A stretch of DNA of 34,130 bases from a virus (IMGVR_UViG_3300048857_000013:1-34130); one strand, 5' to 3'. Positions 1 through 7,789 are shown, counted from the stretch's first letter. Made by a program: numbers and translations. The notes: a model not told the origin generated them from the letters alone.

Positions 1-50
1 CCGCCCGACCAGCCAAGACGGGCTTCGCTCAGAAGCTTCACGGCACCGGC

Positions 51-127
51 GGCGGAGTAGCTCAGTAGGTTAGAGCAGAGGAATCATAATCCTTGTGTCG
101 GGGGTTCGAATCCCTCCTCCGCTACCA
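51..127 (+). tRNA. tRNA-Met (CAT), elongator type; prophage integration site
   Basis: Cloverleaf: acceptor GGCGGAG/CTCCGCT, D-arm GCTCAGTAGGTTAGAGC, anticodon stem GAGGA/TCCTT with CAT at 85-87, T-loop GTTCGAATC, encoded 3' CCA. Paired position 1 and absence of the three G-C anticodon-stem pairs argue against the initiator tRNA; tRNA-Ile2 cannot be fully excluded. Confidence 0.93.
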
Positions 128-1685
128 TCTTAATCACCGACAACTCGGAATCGATGAGGCTCGACAGGTAGCCCTTGATATTGATTTCGTACGGCTGTCC
201 CTTTTCCGTTGGATTGATCACTACCGCAGCCACGAGCTGCCTAAACGGCGCCGCGATCTCCGGTGATGCCTCGCCGTCCTTTTCACGTACGATTTGAGCC
301 AGGCTCTCGATATTCTCCCGAAATCGCTTCACGGCTTTCGGCTGGATCTCAATTACATTCGGAGGCTCGTCCGTCGTCTCAAGGATAGCTTTCTGCCGAT
401 CGCGCTCCGCCCGCAGTGGCGCCAGGAGAGCCGCGGCCTCATCGTCCTCGATGAGACCCTTCGAAATTTTCTCAACGATCTTGGTGATCCCGTCCTTAGC
501 TTCCTGCAGCGCGCGTTGTGCGTTCGCGCGTGCTCTTTGGGCATCACCGCGCAGTCGCTTCTGCTCGGCCTGATAAGCCTCGACATAGGCCTCTATGATG
601 CTTGTGTCAGCGAATTGACGGCGCAGGCCGTCAACGACTTCAGTTTCGATGCGCTCGACATAGTAGCGTCTGCTGTTCTTACAGGTCCCGGATTCGCGAA
701 AGGTACTGCACTGAATGCGATTTCCGCTTCGGTCGGGGCCGACAAGCGCCATTCCTCCGCCACATGCGCCGCAGCGCAACAGGCCTGAAAGTATCCGCTT
801 AGATCGTGGTCCTCTTGCACGGTCAGCGCCGCCCGTCGCTTCCTTGCGCTGCTGGACAATATCAAAAAGGCGGCTGTCTACGATCTGCAAGTGTGGAGCC
901 GCGACCTCTTCATGCTCGCTTTCGGGGTTTACTCGAGAAATGCGGCGCCCGGTCGCCGGATCTTTGACCATCTGAATCCGGTTCCAAACAATCCGGCCGG
1001 CGTAAATCGGATTGCGCAAGATGCCGTTGCCTCGCTGGCCGCTGCCATTGATTGTGGAGGCATTCCAGCGTTCGCCCCGGGGCGCAGGCACGTTTTCTTC
1101 ATTGAGTATGGCCGCGATCGACCTTGGTGCCATCCCGCCGGCGTACAGTTCGTAGATTCGCCGCACTGTCGCGGCCTCCTCTTCGACGATTTCGAGCTCG
1201 CCCTTCCTGCCAAAGATCGGCCGGTAACCGTACGCCTTGCCGCCTGGATTGCGTCCGGAGCGCACCACTCCCACCATGCCGCGCTTAACCTTCTTTGCTC
1301 CCTCCTCGCGCTGCATCTGCCCAATGACGCCATACATGCCGATCTGGACCGTATCCATCGCGCCGCCGTTGACGCAGTTCATCTCGACGCCGCGAAACTT
1401 CAGGGTCTTGTGGATATGGGCCAGGTCGGCGATATCGCGAGAGATGCGGTCCGGAGCTTCTGATACAAGAACGTCGAACTCGGCACGGTCAGCCGCCTGG
1501 ATCAAGTTCGCGAGACCAGGCCGTCCAAACATCGATGCGCCTGACTTGGCACGGTCGGAAAATTCCCCCACGACATCAAGGCCCAGCCGTTCGGCGTGGG
1601 CCCTGCACAATCTGAATTGATCCTCCACCGACTGGTCATTCTGCAAATCGGTGGAGTACCGTGCGTAGATTGCGGCTCGCTTCAT
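84..1685 (-). CDS. int: Large serine recombinase (integrase)
   Basis: Catalytic YARYST and DRISR motifs, recombinase domain (ILRNPIYAG), zinc ribbon (LSGLLRCGACG...C...C), C-terminal coiled coil; 533 aa. Confidence 0.95.
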   Translation of the reverse strand: MKRAAIYARYSTDLQNDQSVEDQFRLCRAHAERLGLDVVGEFSDRAKSGASMFGRPGLANLIQAADRAEFDVLVSEAPDRISRDIADLAHIHKTLKFRGVEMNCVNGGAMDTVQIGMYGVIGQMQREEGAKKVKRGMVGVVRSGRNPGGKAYGYRPIFGRKGELEIVEEEAATVRRIYELYAGGMAPRSIAAILNEENVPAPRGERWNASTINGSGQRGNGILRNPIYAGRIVWNRIQMVKDPATGRRISRVNPESEHEEVAAPHLQIVDSRLFDIVQQRKEATGGADRARGPRSKRILSGLLRCGACGGGMALVGPDRSGNRIQCSTFRESGTCKNSRRYYVERIETEVVDGLRRQFADTSIIEAYVEAYQAEQKRLRGDAQRARANAQRALQEAKDGITKIVEKISKGLIEDDEAAALLAPLRAERDRQKAILETTDEPPNVIEIQPKAVKRFRENIESLAQIVREKDGEASPEIAAPFRQLVAAVVINPTEKGQPYEINIKGYLSSLIDSELSVIKMVAEEGFEPPTQGL

Positions 1686-1831
1686 TGTTTTCTCGCGGGG
1701 TCCGTGCCTTTTTCGTTCTCATTAGCGGGCAGGGGCGGCCGAGCGTCAAGCCGAGCTTGACGGATCGCGAGTGCCTTCACGAAAGCAATCAAGGGGCTGT
1801 CCTGTGGATAACGGGGATGATTGTCGGTCAT
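1682..1831 (-). CDS. 49-aa small protein coupled to the integrase (possible directionality factor)
   Basis: MTDNHPRYPQDSPLIAFVKALAIRQARLDARPPLPANENEKGTDPARKQ; ATGA overlaps with both the upstream gene (1828-1831) and the integrase start (1682-1685). Confidence 0.7.
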   Translation of the reverse strand: MTDNHPRYPQDSPLIAFVKALAIRQARLDARPPLPANENEKGTDPARKQ

Positions 1832-2277
1832 GACAGCCGCCCGCCGTAATTGTCGTCCTTGTGGATGATCCTGATAGCCTTCGGGTTCAGCTTGATCGTG
1901 GATTCGAGCCGCCCTTTCCACCATGTTTCCGCTCGGTAGTAAAAGCCACGCACGGTCTTGTAATGTACGCGCTCCAGCCAGAGGGTCGTGCACCATGTGC
2001 GGCCGTCCGACCTTTTGCCTTCGACTTCGTAGAAGCCTGGGCTGGTGTAGTCCACCGACTCCGGCGGCAGCGGTACGAAGACGCTAATGAAACGGCCGTA
2101 GTCAATAACCGTAGGAGAGGCGCCATAGCGTTCACTGAGGCAGGCGATAAGCTCCTCCTTCGCAGCCGTGATGCGCTCGTCCAACGTGGACGCAGTAGCC
2201 AGTGAAGCCGAAGCAAGGTTGATCGGAGCGGCACCCGATGCGATGGCGCCGAGGATTGTCCGTCTGTAGAGGCTCAT
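1828..2277 (-). CDS. Hypothetical phage protein with twin-arginine-like N-terminus
   Basis: ATGA overlaps on both sides; GGAGG RBS; starts MSLYRRTILGAIA. Confidence 0.75.
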   Translation of the reverse strand: MSLYRRTILGAIASGAAPINLASASLATASTLDERITAAKEELIACLSERYGASPTVIDYGRFISVFVPLPPESVDYTSPGFYEVEGKRSDGRTWCTTLWLERVHYKTVRGFYYRAETWWKGRLESTIKLNPKAIRIIHKDDNYGGRLS

Positions 2278-2777
2278 TGCGCTACCTCCATATCAGACGC
2301 CACAGTTGGTCGCCGCGCCTCTCGCGAACGCGCCTCGGCTTCATCTCTAACAAATTCGGCGGCCTTCACCGCGAATGGCGCGAGGTCTTCGGCGCAATCA
2401 GCCTCAAAGCTCAGGATTGTCCAGCCGCGCCATTCCACTTCGCTCGAAGTCGTTGGTTTGGCGGCTATAGAGACATTGACGACGGCTTGTTCGTAGCTGC
2501 TCAGAAAGTCGCATATGTCCTCAAGGGCATTTCCCGCGGCGTTGTAGTTGCGGCCGTCCTCTGTCAAAAAGCGGGGCTGACTGCAAAAGCCAGAAATTAC
2601 CTCGGCCACCGTATAGAGAACGTTTCGAAGGTCGCGCAGCTCCTTCATGCCCATGTTGCGAAGCGCGGCCATGTCTATGTCACATGAGACGCGGCCTCGT
2701 GGGGTCAATGGATCATGAGGAGGGGTTTCGGTGATCGGCAAGCCTTCGGCGGCTGCCTGAACAGGTGTGTTCGGCAT
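2274..2777 (-). CDS. Hypothetical phage protein
   Basis: ATG at 2777 preceded by GGAG; stop overlaps next start; in the leftward early operon. Confidence 0.75.
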   Translation of the reverse strand: MPNTPVQAAAEGLPITETPPHDPLTPRGRVSCDIDMAALRNMGMKELRDLRNVLYTVAEVISGFCSQPRFLTEDGRNYNAAGNALEDICDFLSSYEQAVVNVSIAAKPTTSSEVEWRGWTILSFEADCAEDLAPFAVKAAEFVRDEAEARSREARRPTVASDMEVAQ

Positions 2778-2822
2778 TTCAATCTCCAATATTGGGGTAG
2801 GTGTTTTGCGGAAAGCCGGTGC

Positions 2823-3554
2823 CTATTCGTGCTTGATCAGCTTGAACCGGCCTTCGATGTAGAGATGGGTGTAGAGTTTACCGGCAGAGTGGCGACACTC
2901 GGCTACGAAGCGTTCGAATGTCGCGGTGACGTCCTTCTTCCAGTAGACGGCATAGGTTGAACCGTCGGCCTCTGCGTGCTCGTTCCGGACCATGCCGGCG
3001 GGCTTCGGAGCGTAGGGCGACTGGCGCATAACCGCGTCTACGGTTGCGTCCGACAGGCCGTAGAGCTGCCAGATACGCCGCCGGATATGGACAATGCTTT
3101 CAGAGTTGGCAGGGCGGGCGCTCAAAACGGTCTGCGCGGTCTCCACCCGCTCGACCCGAGCATCGATCGCTGTGATTGCCTTCGCTTGCTCCGCCTGACG
3201 GCGCTCAACCTCGGCCTGGAGCGTGAGCATCTGAATCAGCGTCTCGGTGGTGGTGAGGGGGCGAGGGGACGCCACCGATGCCTCTAGCTCCCGTAGGCGC
3301 TTTATCACTTTGCGACGCAAAGGCGCGCTATAGCCGAGCAGGAGAGTTTCGGTCAGCTCTCGGTCGAGCCGGTATTCGGTCTGCTCTCGGTTCATGCTGT
3401 CGATGTAGATGTGCGCAAATCTGCTCACATCTTCCCCGAGGTCGACCAGCATACGTTCGATATCGCGCTTAACGTCTGGGTGCCGCTTTCCAGTCAGTTC
3501 CGCGATTTCGCGGCTGGACATCGTGACCGGTTGACTCGCGAGAATGGCGTTCAT
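2823..3554 (-). CDS. rha: Rha-family phage regulatory / antirepressor-like protein
   Basis: N-terminal TMSSREIAELTGKRHPDVKRDI and GYSAPLRRKVIKRLRELE motifs typical of the Rha domain, then a coiled coil and a distinct C-terminal domain. Confidence 0.88.
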   Translation of the reverse strand: MNAILASQPVTMSSREIAELTGKRHPDVKRDIERMLVDLGEDVSRFAHIYIDSMNREQTEYRLDRELTETLLLGYSAPLRRKVIKRLRELEASVASPRPLTTTETLIQMLTLQAEVERRQAEQAKAITAIDARVERVETAQTVLSARPANSESIVHIRRRIWQLYGLSDATVDAVMRQSPYAPKPAGMVRNEHAEADGSTYAVYWKKDVTATFERFVAECRHSAGKLYTHLYIEGRFKLIKHE

Positions 3555-3582
3555 GTTCGCTCCATCGGAAAGGATGGAACGA

Positions 3583-3643
3583 AATTAAACTAAGCTTTAC
3601 TTTTTAGTCAAGCCGCTTGAAGAAAAAATTAAAGGCCCCTTTA
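3583..3643 (-). promoter_or_regulatory. Leftward early promoter region with two operator palindromes
   Basis: TTGACT (3611-3606) followed 17-18 nt later by an AT-rich TTAATT/TAATTT; palindromes TAAAC-TAAG-CTTTA (3586-3599) and TAAAG-GCCC-CTTTA (3630-3643). Confidence 0.65.
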
Positions 3644-4318
3644 TTTTTCTCCGAAGAACCGACGATGCTCACGAAGGCACCCGGTGATTTCCCCTGTGCT
3701 GGTAACAGTGATGGTTATCGTGGGAAAGTCACTATTCAACGGCACCAGATCGACAACCTCCTTGCCGTCGGCGTCTGTTCCTTTCAGGCGATACTTCCGA
3801 AAAACGCCTCCCTTGGTTGGATACGCCTGCCCAACAACAAAATTGCCTGGGTCGGGCTTTATTCCAGCGTCAACAATAATGATGTCGCCGGGGAGGAAGT
3901 CCGGGGCCATGCTGCGGTCTTCAATTCGCATCGCGAAAACGTTGCCGATAGGGTCCCATGAAATAGGGATCATCTCGGTCTTCGGATCTTCAAAAGCCGT
4001 AAAATCCCCGAAATCGTCGAAGTAGGGAGGATCATCGTCTTGCTTTCCGGGGCCATAGAACAACGTCGTGAACGGGCCAAGCAGTGGTGCATACGTGGCG
4101 GGCTTCGCGAACATTGGAATGTGCTTCAGAATTTCCAGACCATCAAACTTGACGCCTAGTAGTCTGGAGAGGCGCATCAAGTTCATTTGGCTTGGGACGG
4201 TTTTGTCCCGCTCCCATTGGCTGACCGCTTGAACAGTTACGCCAAGCTCTTCTGCTACGATGTGCTGCCTTAATTTCTTCGCCCTGCGTGCGGCGGAAAT
4301 TTGCTCGCCCAATGTCAT
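3641..4318 (-). CDS. cI: CI-like repressor (Cro/C1 HTH plus S24 peptidase-like domain)
   Basis: HTH QHIVAEELGVTVQAVSQWE; C-terminal FAMRIEDRSMAPDFLPGDIIIVD; divergent from cro. Start placed at ATG 4318 because the longer start runs into the operator region. Confidence 0.9.
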   Translation of the reverse strand: MTLGEQISAARRAKKLRQHIVAEELGVTVQAVSQWERDKTVPSQMNLMRLSRLLGVKFDGLEILKHIPMFAKPATYAPLLGPFTTLFYGPGKQDDDPPYFDDFGDFTAFEDPKTEMIPISWDPIGNVFAMRIEDRSMAPDFLPGDIIIVDAGIKPDPGNFVVGQAYPTKGGVFRKYRLKGTDADGKEVVDLVPLNSDFPTITITVTSTGEITGCLREHRRFFGEK

Positions 4319-4383
4319 GTGAAGGCATCCTTGAATTTTACGCCACAATAAATGGCTGATTGATTTTTTCAATGAAGGGGTAC

Positions 4384-4412
4384 TTGATAAAAATTAAAGA
4401 AGGCTTTATTTT
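4384..4412 (+). promoter_or_regulatory. Rightward early promoter with operator in the spacer
   Basis: TTGATA-N17-TATTTT, with TAAAG-AAGG-CTTTA (4395-4408) matching the leftward operators. Confidence 0.7.
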
Positions 4413-4439
4413 TCCGGCGTGATAAACCGGATGAGGAAA

Positions 4440-4655
4440 ATGAACCCGTTAGAAAAAGCGATAAAGTCAGTGGGCTCGTCGAAGGAGCTCGCCCGCCGCG
4501 TCGGCGTATCTCCGCAGGCTATAAGTCAATGGAATAAAGTCCCGGCCAACCGTGTGCTCGCGGTGGAGCGGGCTTCCGGCGTGCATCGGTCTATTTTGAG
4601 GCCCGACCTCTACCCGATAGAAGTGCCCATCCAGCCGACGCAGGTGTCGGCATGA
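4440..4655 (+). CDS. cro: Cro-like (YdaS-type) HTH regulator
   Basis: GSSKELARRVGVSPQAISQW HTH and terminal LRPDLY motif; GAGGA RBS before ATG 4440. Confidence 0.9.
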   Translation: MNPLEKAIKSVGSSKELARRVGVSPQAISQWNKVPANRVLAVERASGVHRSILRPDLYPIEVPIQPTQVSA

Positions 4656-5131
4656 CAAAACGCGACTTCACAAAAGTCTCTCCAAACGTCTGGCGCTCCA
4701 GTCGTTTCCGTAAACTCGAGAACAGCGACGCTCAGCTCCTGTACCTGTATTTCCTGACGTGCGAGCACCAGAACAGTGCCGGCTGCTTTCGTATCCCCAA
4801 CGGCTATGCCTGCGCTGACCTTGGCTGGGACATGGGGCGCTATGTCCAGGCTCGGGACCATCTGGTGTCCGGGGACATGGTCAGCTTCGATGCTGAAGCC
4901 GAGGTCATCTACGTCCATCGCTGGTTCAAGCACAGCCCGCCCATGAACGACAAACATGCGCAGGGGACAATGCGCCTAATCTCCGAAATCGAAAACGATG
5001 AACTGAGAGAGAAGGTAGAAGCGGACTTTGAATTAGCCGACGCAGCAAGGCAGTCGCGATCCGCAGCGACTGCCGCAAGTGACCCGCTTTCCAGACGCCC
5101 TTCGGCTTTCCGCAGTGGAGGGTACCAGTGA
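4652..5131 (+). CDS. Replication-initiator N-terminal-like protein
   Basis: Position after cro; FTKVSPNVW...LLYLYFLTC.H.NSAGCFRIP..Y...DLG pattern resembles winged-helix N-termini of phage replication organisers. Confidence 0.6.
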   Translation: MTKRDFTKVSPNVWRSSRFRKLENSDAQLLYLYFLTCEHQNSAGCFRIPNGYACADLGWDMGRYVQARDHLVSGDMVSFDAEAEVIYVHRWFKHSPPMNDKHAQGTMRLISEIENDELREKVEADFELADAARQSRSAATAASDPLSRRPSAFRSGGYQ

Positions 5132-5334
5132 TGCGGGCCAGATACCCTATCGATACCGTATCCAGACCGTATGGATATAAAGAGACAGAGACAGAGACCA
5201 AGACAGAGAAGAAGACACGAGAAAAAGAAAAAGAAGAAAACCGAGAAAAGAGACTGAAGAAAGAGACCGCCGAATTGCGGCCGTGTCCCAAGCCAATGAC
5301 GTCCGAAGACTCTTGCTTGGGAGTTCAACAATGA
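5128..5334 (+). CDS. Small Glu/Lys/Thr-rich protein resembling an initiator linker; overlaps candidate origin
   Basis: GGAGG RBS, GTGA and ATGA overlaps at both ends; YPIDTVSRPY..KETETETKTE low-complexity sequence. Confidence 0.5.
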   Translation: MMRARYPIDTVSRPYGYKETETETKTEKKTREKEKEENREKRLKKETAELRPCPKPMTSEDSCLGVQQ

Positions 5335-5612
5335 ACCGAAGAGCAAGAAGAATCCCCGCCGGCGGCGATGGCCTGCGGTGGGCCAAAGTGCAGGCAAACG
5401 GGACGTACGCCGAACTCGGCCATACCGAAGGGCGCCAACTCCTCACAACAGTGTTCCGCTCGCTCCCTAGTCAGCCTCCTCGAGAGGTCTTCTCAGATCA
5501 GCAGCTATTCGACGGCACGATGGAATTGATTCGGCACGGCCTGCTCGAGGTCTGGTTCGCGCTGGATGGAACGACGCTGCATGTCCGATCAGATTTCAGA
5601 GGTGCAGCATGA
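5331..5612 (+). CDS. Hypothetical protein
   Basis: GGAG RBS, ATGA overlaps at both ends. Confidence 0.7.
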   Translation: MNRRARRIPAGGDGLRWAKVQANGTYAELGHTEGRQLLTTVFRSLPSQPPREVFSDQQLFDGTMELIRHGLLEVWFALDGTTLHVRSDFRGAA

Positions 5613-5992
5613 CAGTGCCCATGATGACCATGTCCGAGGCCTTTCTCTACTTGGATTTTTGCGACTTTCGCATCTTCGGTTGGGAAATCACGGAAAGAAG
5701 CCTTCAGCATCCGAGGAGCAAGGCCGCAAAGGCAATCACTGAGCGTTGGAAGGAAATCCTGCGGCGGGCGCCGACAGTCGATGATTTCGTGAAGGCGGCT
5801 ATGGAAGGCCGGCCTGTTCACGAACTCTGGCCCGAACACCTCCGCAAGGAAGTCGAGTTCTCAATCAACACGAAGGTGCCGCGCACCATCAACGAGCCCA
5901 CGAGCGCCGAGTTCATCGCGGACATGCACGCCTGCGGCCGGACTGACTGGGTGTTGCCTGAATTCCTGAAATCGCACGGAAGGACCGCCTGA
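5609..5992 (+). CDS. Hypothetical protein
   Basis: GAGG RBS, coupled to neighbours, 127 aa. Confidence 0.75.
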   Translation: MTVPMMTMSEAFLYLDFCDFRIFGWEITERSLQHPRSKAAKAITERWKEILRRAPTVDDFVKAAMEGRPVHELWPEHLRKEVEFSINTKVPRTINEPTSAEFIADMHACGRTDWVLPEFLKSHGRTA

Positions 5993-6060
5993 TGCTTCTC
6001 CTCGAAATACTTAAGCTAGCAATTAAGATCCGTCGTCGCCGAAAGGACATCCAGAGATGA
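5992..6060 (+). CDS. 22-aa cationic mini-protein
   Basis: MLLLEILKLAIKIRRRRKDIQR; TGATG overlap upstream and ATGA overlap with the RNase H start; fills the gap exactly. Confidence 0.55.
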   Translation: MLLLEILKLAIKIRRRRKDIQR

Positions 6061-6665
6061 ATAGCTACCGCCGATTTTCCAAACGCCCTGCCGGACGACC
6101 GGCAAAGAAGCATCAGCCTCTCGATGTCGCGCTGTTTTCGAAAGGGACACATGTCTTTTGTGACGGAGCCTGTGAGCCCAACCCTGGCGCGGGTGGATGG
6201 GCTTTTGCTGTCTACCAGGACGGTATCGAGATTACCTGTGCCTCTGGAGGCGACGTCGAGACCACGAACAACATCATGGAATTGACCGGCATGCTTCGCG
6301 CGGTGGAATGGGCGGTCGCTAACCGCGCCACCGTCACCATCTGGTGCGATAGCCAGTATGTCGTGAACGGCTGCAATGACTGGCGCAAGAAGTGGAAGGC
6401 GAATGGTTGGCGCCGCGGCGGTCCCAATGCGAAGCCGGAAAATAGCAAGGTCATGAACCTAGAGCTGTGGAAGGAAATCGACGCCGCGCTCGAAAGTGCA
6501 GGTGCTTCCGTAACCATCGCTTGGGTCAAAGGCCACAATGGCACCGTCGGCAACGAACGAGCTGACGAGCTTTCTCTGATCGGCCGGCAAGAGGCAATTG
6601 ACGCTTCCGCAGATCGCATAGGCGAAGACCTGGACGCGCAGTTTCGCGGCATCATGGGGGGGTGA
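6057..6665 (+). CDS. rnhA: Ribonuclease HI
   Basis: All canonical motifs present: CDGACEPNPG, TNNIMEL, CDSQYV, WKANGW, NLELW, WVKGH, GNERADEL; acidic catalytic residues intact. Confidence 0.95.
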   Translation: MNSYRRFSKRPAGRPAKKHQPLDVALFSKGTHVFCDGACEPNPGAGGWAFAVYQDGIEITCASGGDVETTNNIMELTGMLRAVEWAVANRATVTIWCDSQYVVNGCNDWRKKWKANGWRRGGPNAKPENSKVMNLELWKEIDAALESAGASVTIAWVKGHNGTVGNERADELSLIGRQEAIDASADRIGEDLDAQFRGIMGG

Positions 6666-6668
6666 GCG

Positions 6669-7094
6669 GTGCAGCGATCGGAGAACGGCATCAACCTTCA
6701 CCGCTTCTGCGAGGGATACGGCTTGAAGGTCAGGCCGTATCACGAAAGCCGAACGCCGCGGCCGGCGAACACCGTCTACGGTGGTCGATATCTCAAGCGG
6801 CTGATGCGGAAAGACATCGATCGGGCGGGGTTGGTGGTGCGCTGCATCCAGTCATCCAACCCGACCTGCTTCGATGACGTCACCGTATGGGCGACATGGT
6901 GCTTTATCGGCGCGCATTTCGCCCAGGGATCGTCTTCCGCTGCGATCGAGGCGTTTCGACGTGTCGATCTGGCCGACATCCGCCAGCGCGCTCAGCGACT
7001 CATTATGGGCGAAAGCGGGCGCATGGCGAAAACCGCCACGGCCATCTCCATCCTTCTGGCGCAAGCTATCATCGACGAGGATAAAGCTGCATGA
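6669..7094 (+). CDS. Hypothetical protein
   Basis: GTG start 3 nt after the RNase H stop; stop overlaps next ATG. Confidence 0.7.
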   Translation: MQRSENGINLHRFCEGYGLKVRPYHESRTPRPANTVYGGRYLKRLMRKDIDRAGLVVRCIQSSNPTCFDDVTVWATWCFIGAHFAQGSSSAAIEAFRRVDLADIRQRAQRLIMGESGRMAKTATAISILLAQAIIDEDKAA

Positions 7095-7705
7095 AGATTA
7101 CCGAGCGCGAAGCCATCATTCTGGAGCGTCTGATAGAGGCCATGGAAACCGATATTGCGTTGCCGGTGCGGGTAGGGCCAAAGGCGTTCGGTTCGTCCAT
7201 GCCGGAGTATCTCCATACCGAGCAGGAACTCTATGTTCTGGAGCGTGAAGACCTAACCGAGACTGGTGGAAAGCGCTGGAACGAGAGGAAAAAGGCCAAG
7301 CGGCTAGAGACCGAACGCCGAGCTCGGTGCACGCGGGAACGCATCACGGAAATGGAAGAGACCTTCGGATGGGTGATCGCGCACATCTCGGATGAGGATC
7401 GCCGCAAAGTGCTGCTGGCTTATGCCGAGGTTAAGGCGCGGGGCTGGCAGTGGGACCGTTATTTGAGCAACCGCAACCGTCGAAATCCTGCGAAAAAAGC
7501 GTGGGTTAAACGAACGGTTCAGCGGTGGATTGTTCAATCCTTGCAAGAAATTGCCAACAACGCGTCCAAGGGCGCATCTTTCTTGCATGATCGTGCCCAT
7601 TTACTCGTGGCCCAAATCGAGCCAGAACACGGGGGCAAATCAATAACATCGGGTTTGCACGCGTGGATGGCTCCTGATGGAAAGCCCGATTTGAGGCGGA
7701 CGTAG
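7091..7705 (+). CDS. Hypothetical basic protein; possible late-gene regulator (Q-like position)
   Basis: Last gene of the coupled early operon, Arg/Lys-rich helical C-terminal half; function inferred from position only. Confidence 0.6.
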   Translation: MKITEREAIILERLIEAMETDIALPVRVGPKAFGSSMPEYLHTEQELYVLEREDLTETGGKRWNERKKAKRLETERRARCTRERITEMEETFGWVIAHISDEDRRKVLLAYAEVKARGWQWDRYLSNRNRRNPAKKAWVKRTVQRWIVQSLQEIANNASKGASFLHDRAHLLVAQIEPEHGGKSITSGLHAWMAPDGKPDLRRT

Positions 7706-7789
7706 AACCAGGGCACCACGCCGGCAGAAATACCGTTGGCAAAATGCGAGGAATGCGCTTCTCTGAGTTGAGAAACTTTGGGGGGCGCA

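Noticed and set aside
1682-1996. 104-aa version of the ORF upstream of int
   Set aside because: Overlaps the 149-aa gene by 169 nt; the ATGA-coupled start at 1831 is more plausible.
4319-4439. Longer starts for cI (4372) and cro (4419)
   Set aside because: They run through the promoter/operator region; domain boundaries and RBS favour 4318 and 4440.
5141-5270. Short repeats as a CRISPR array or microsatellite
   Set aside because: No constant repeat-spacer periodicity; better explained as a low-complexity coding/origin tract.
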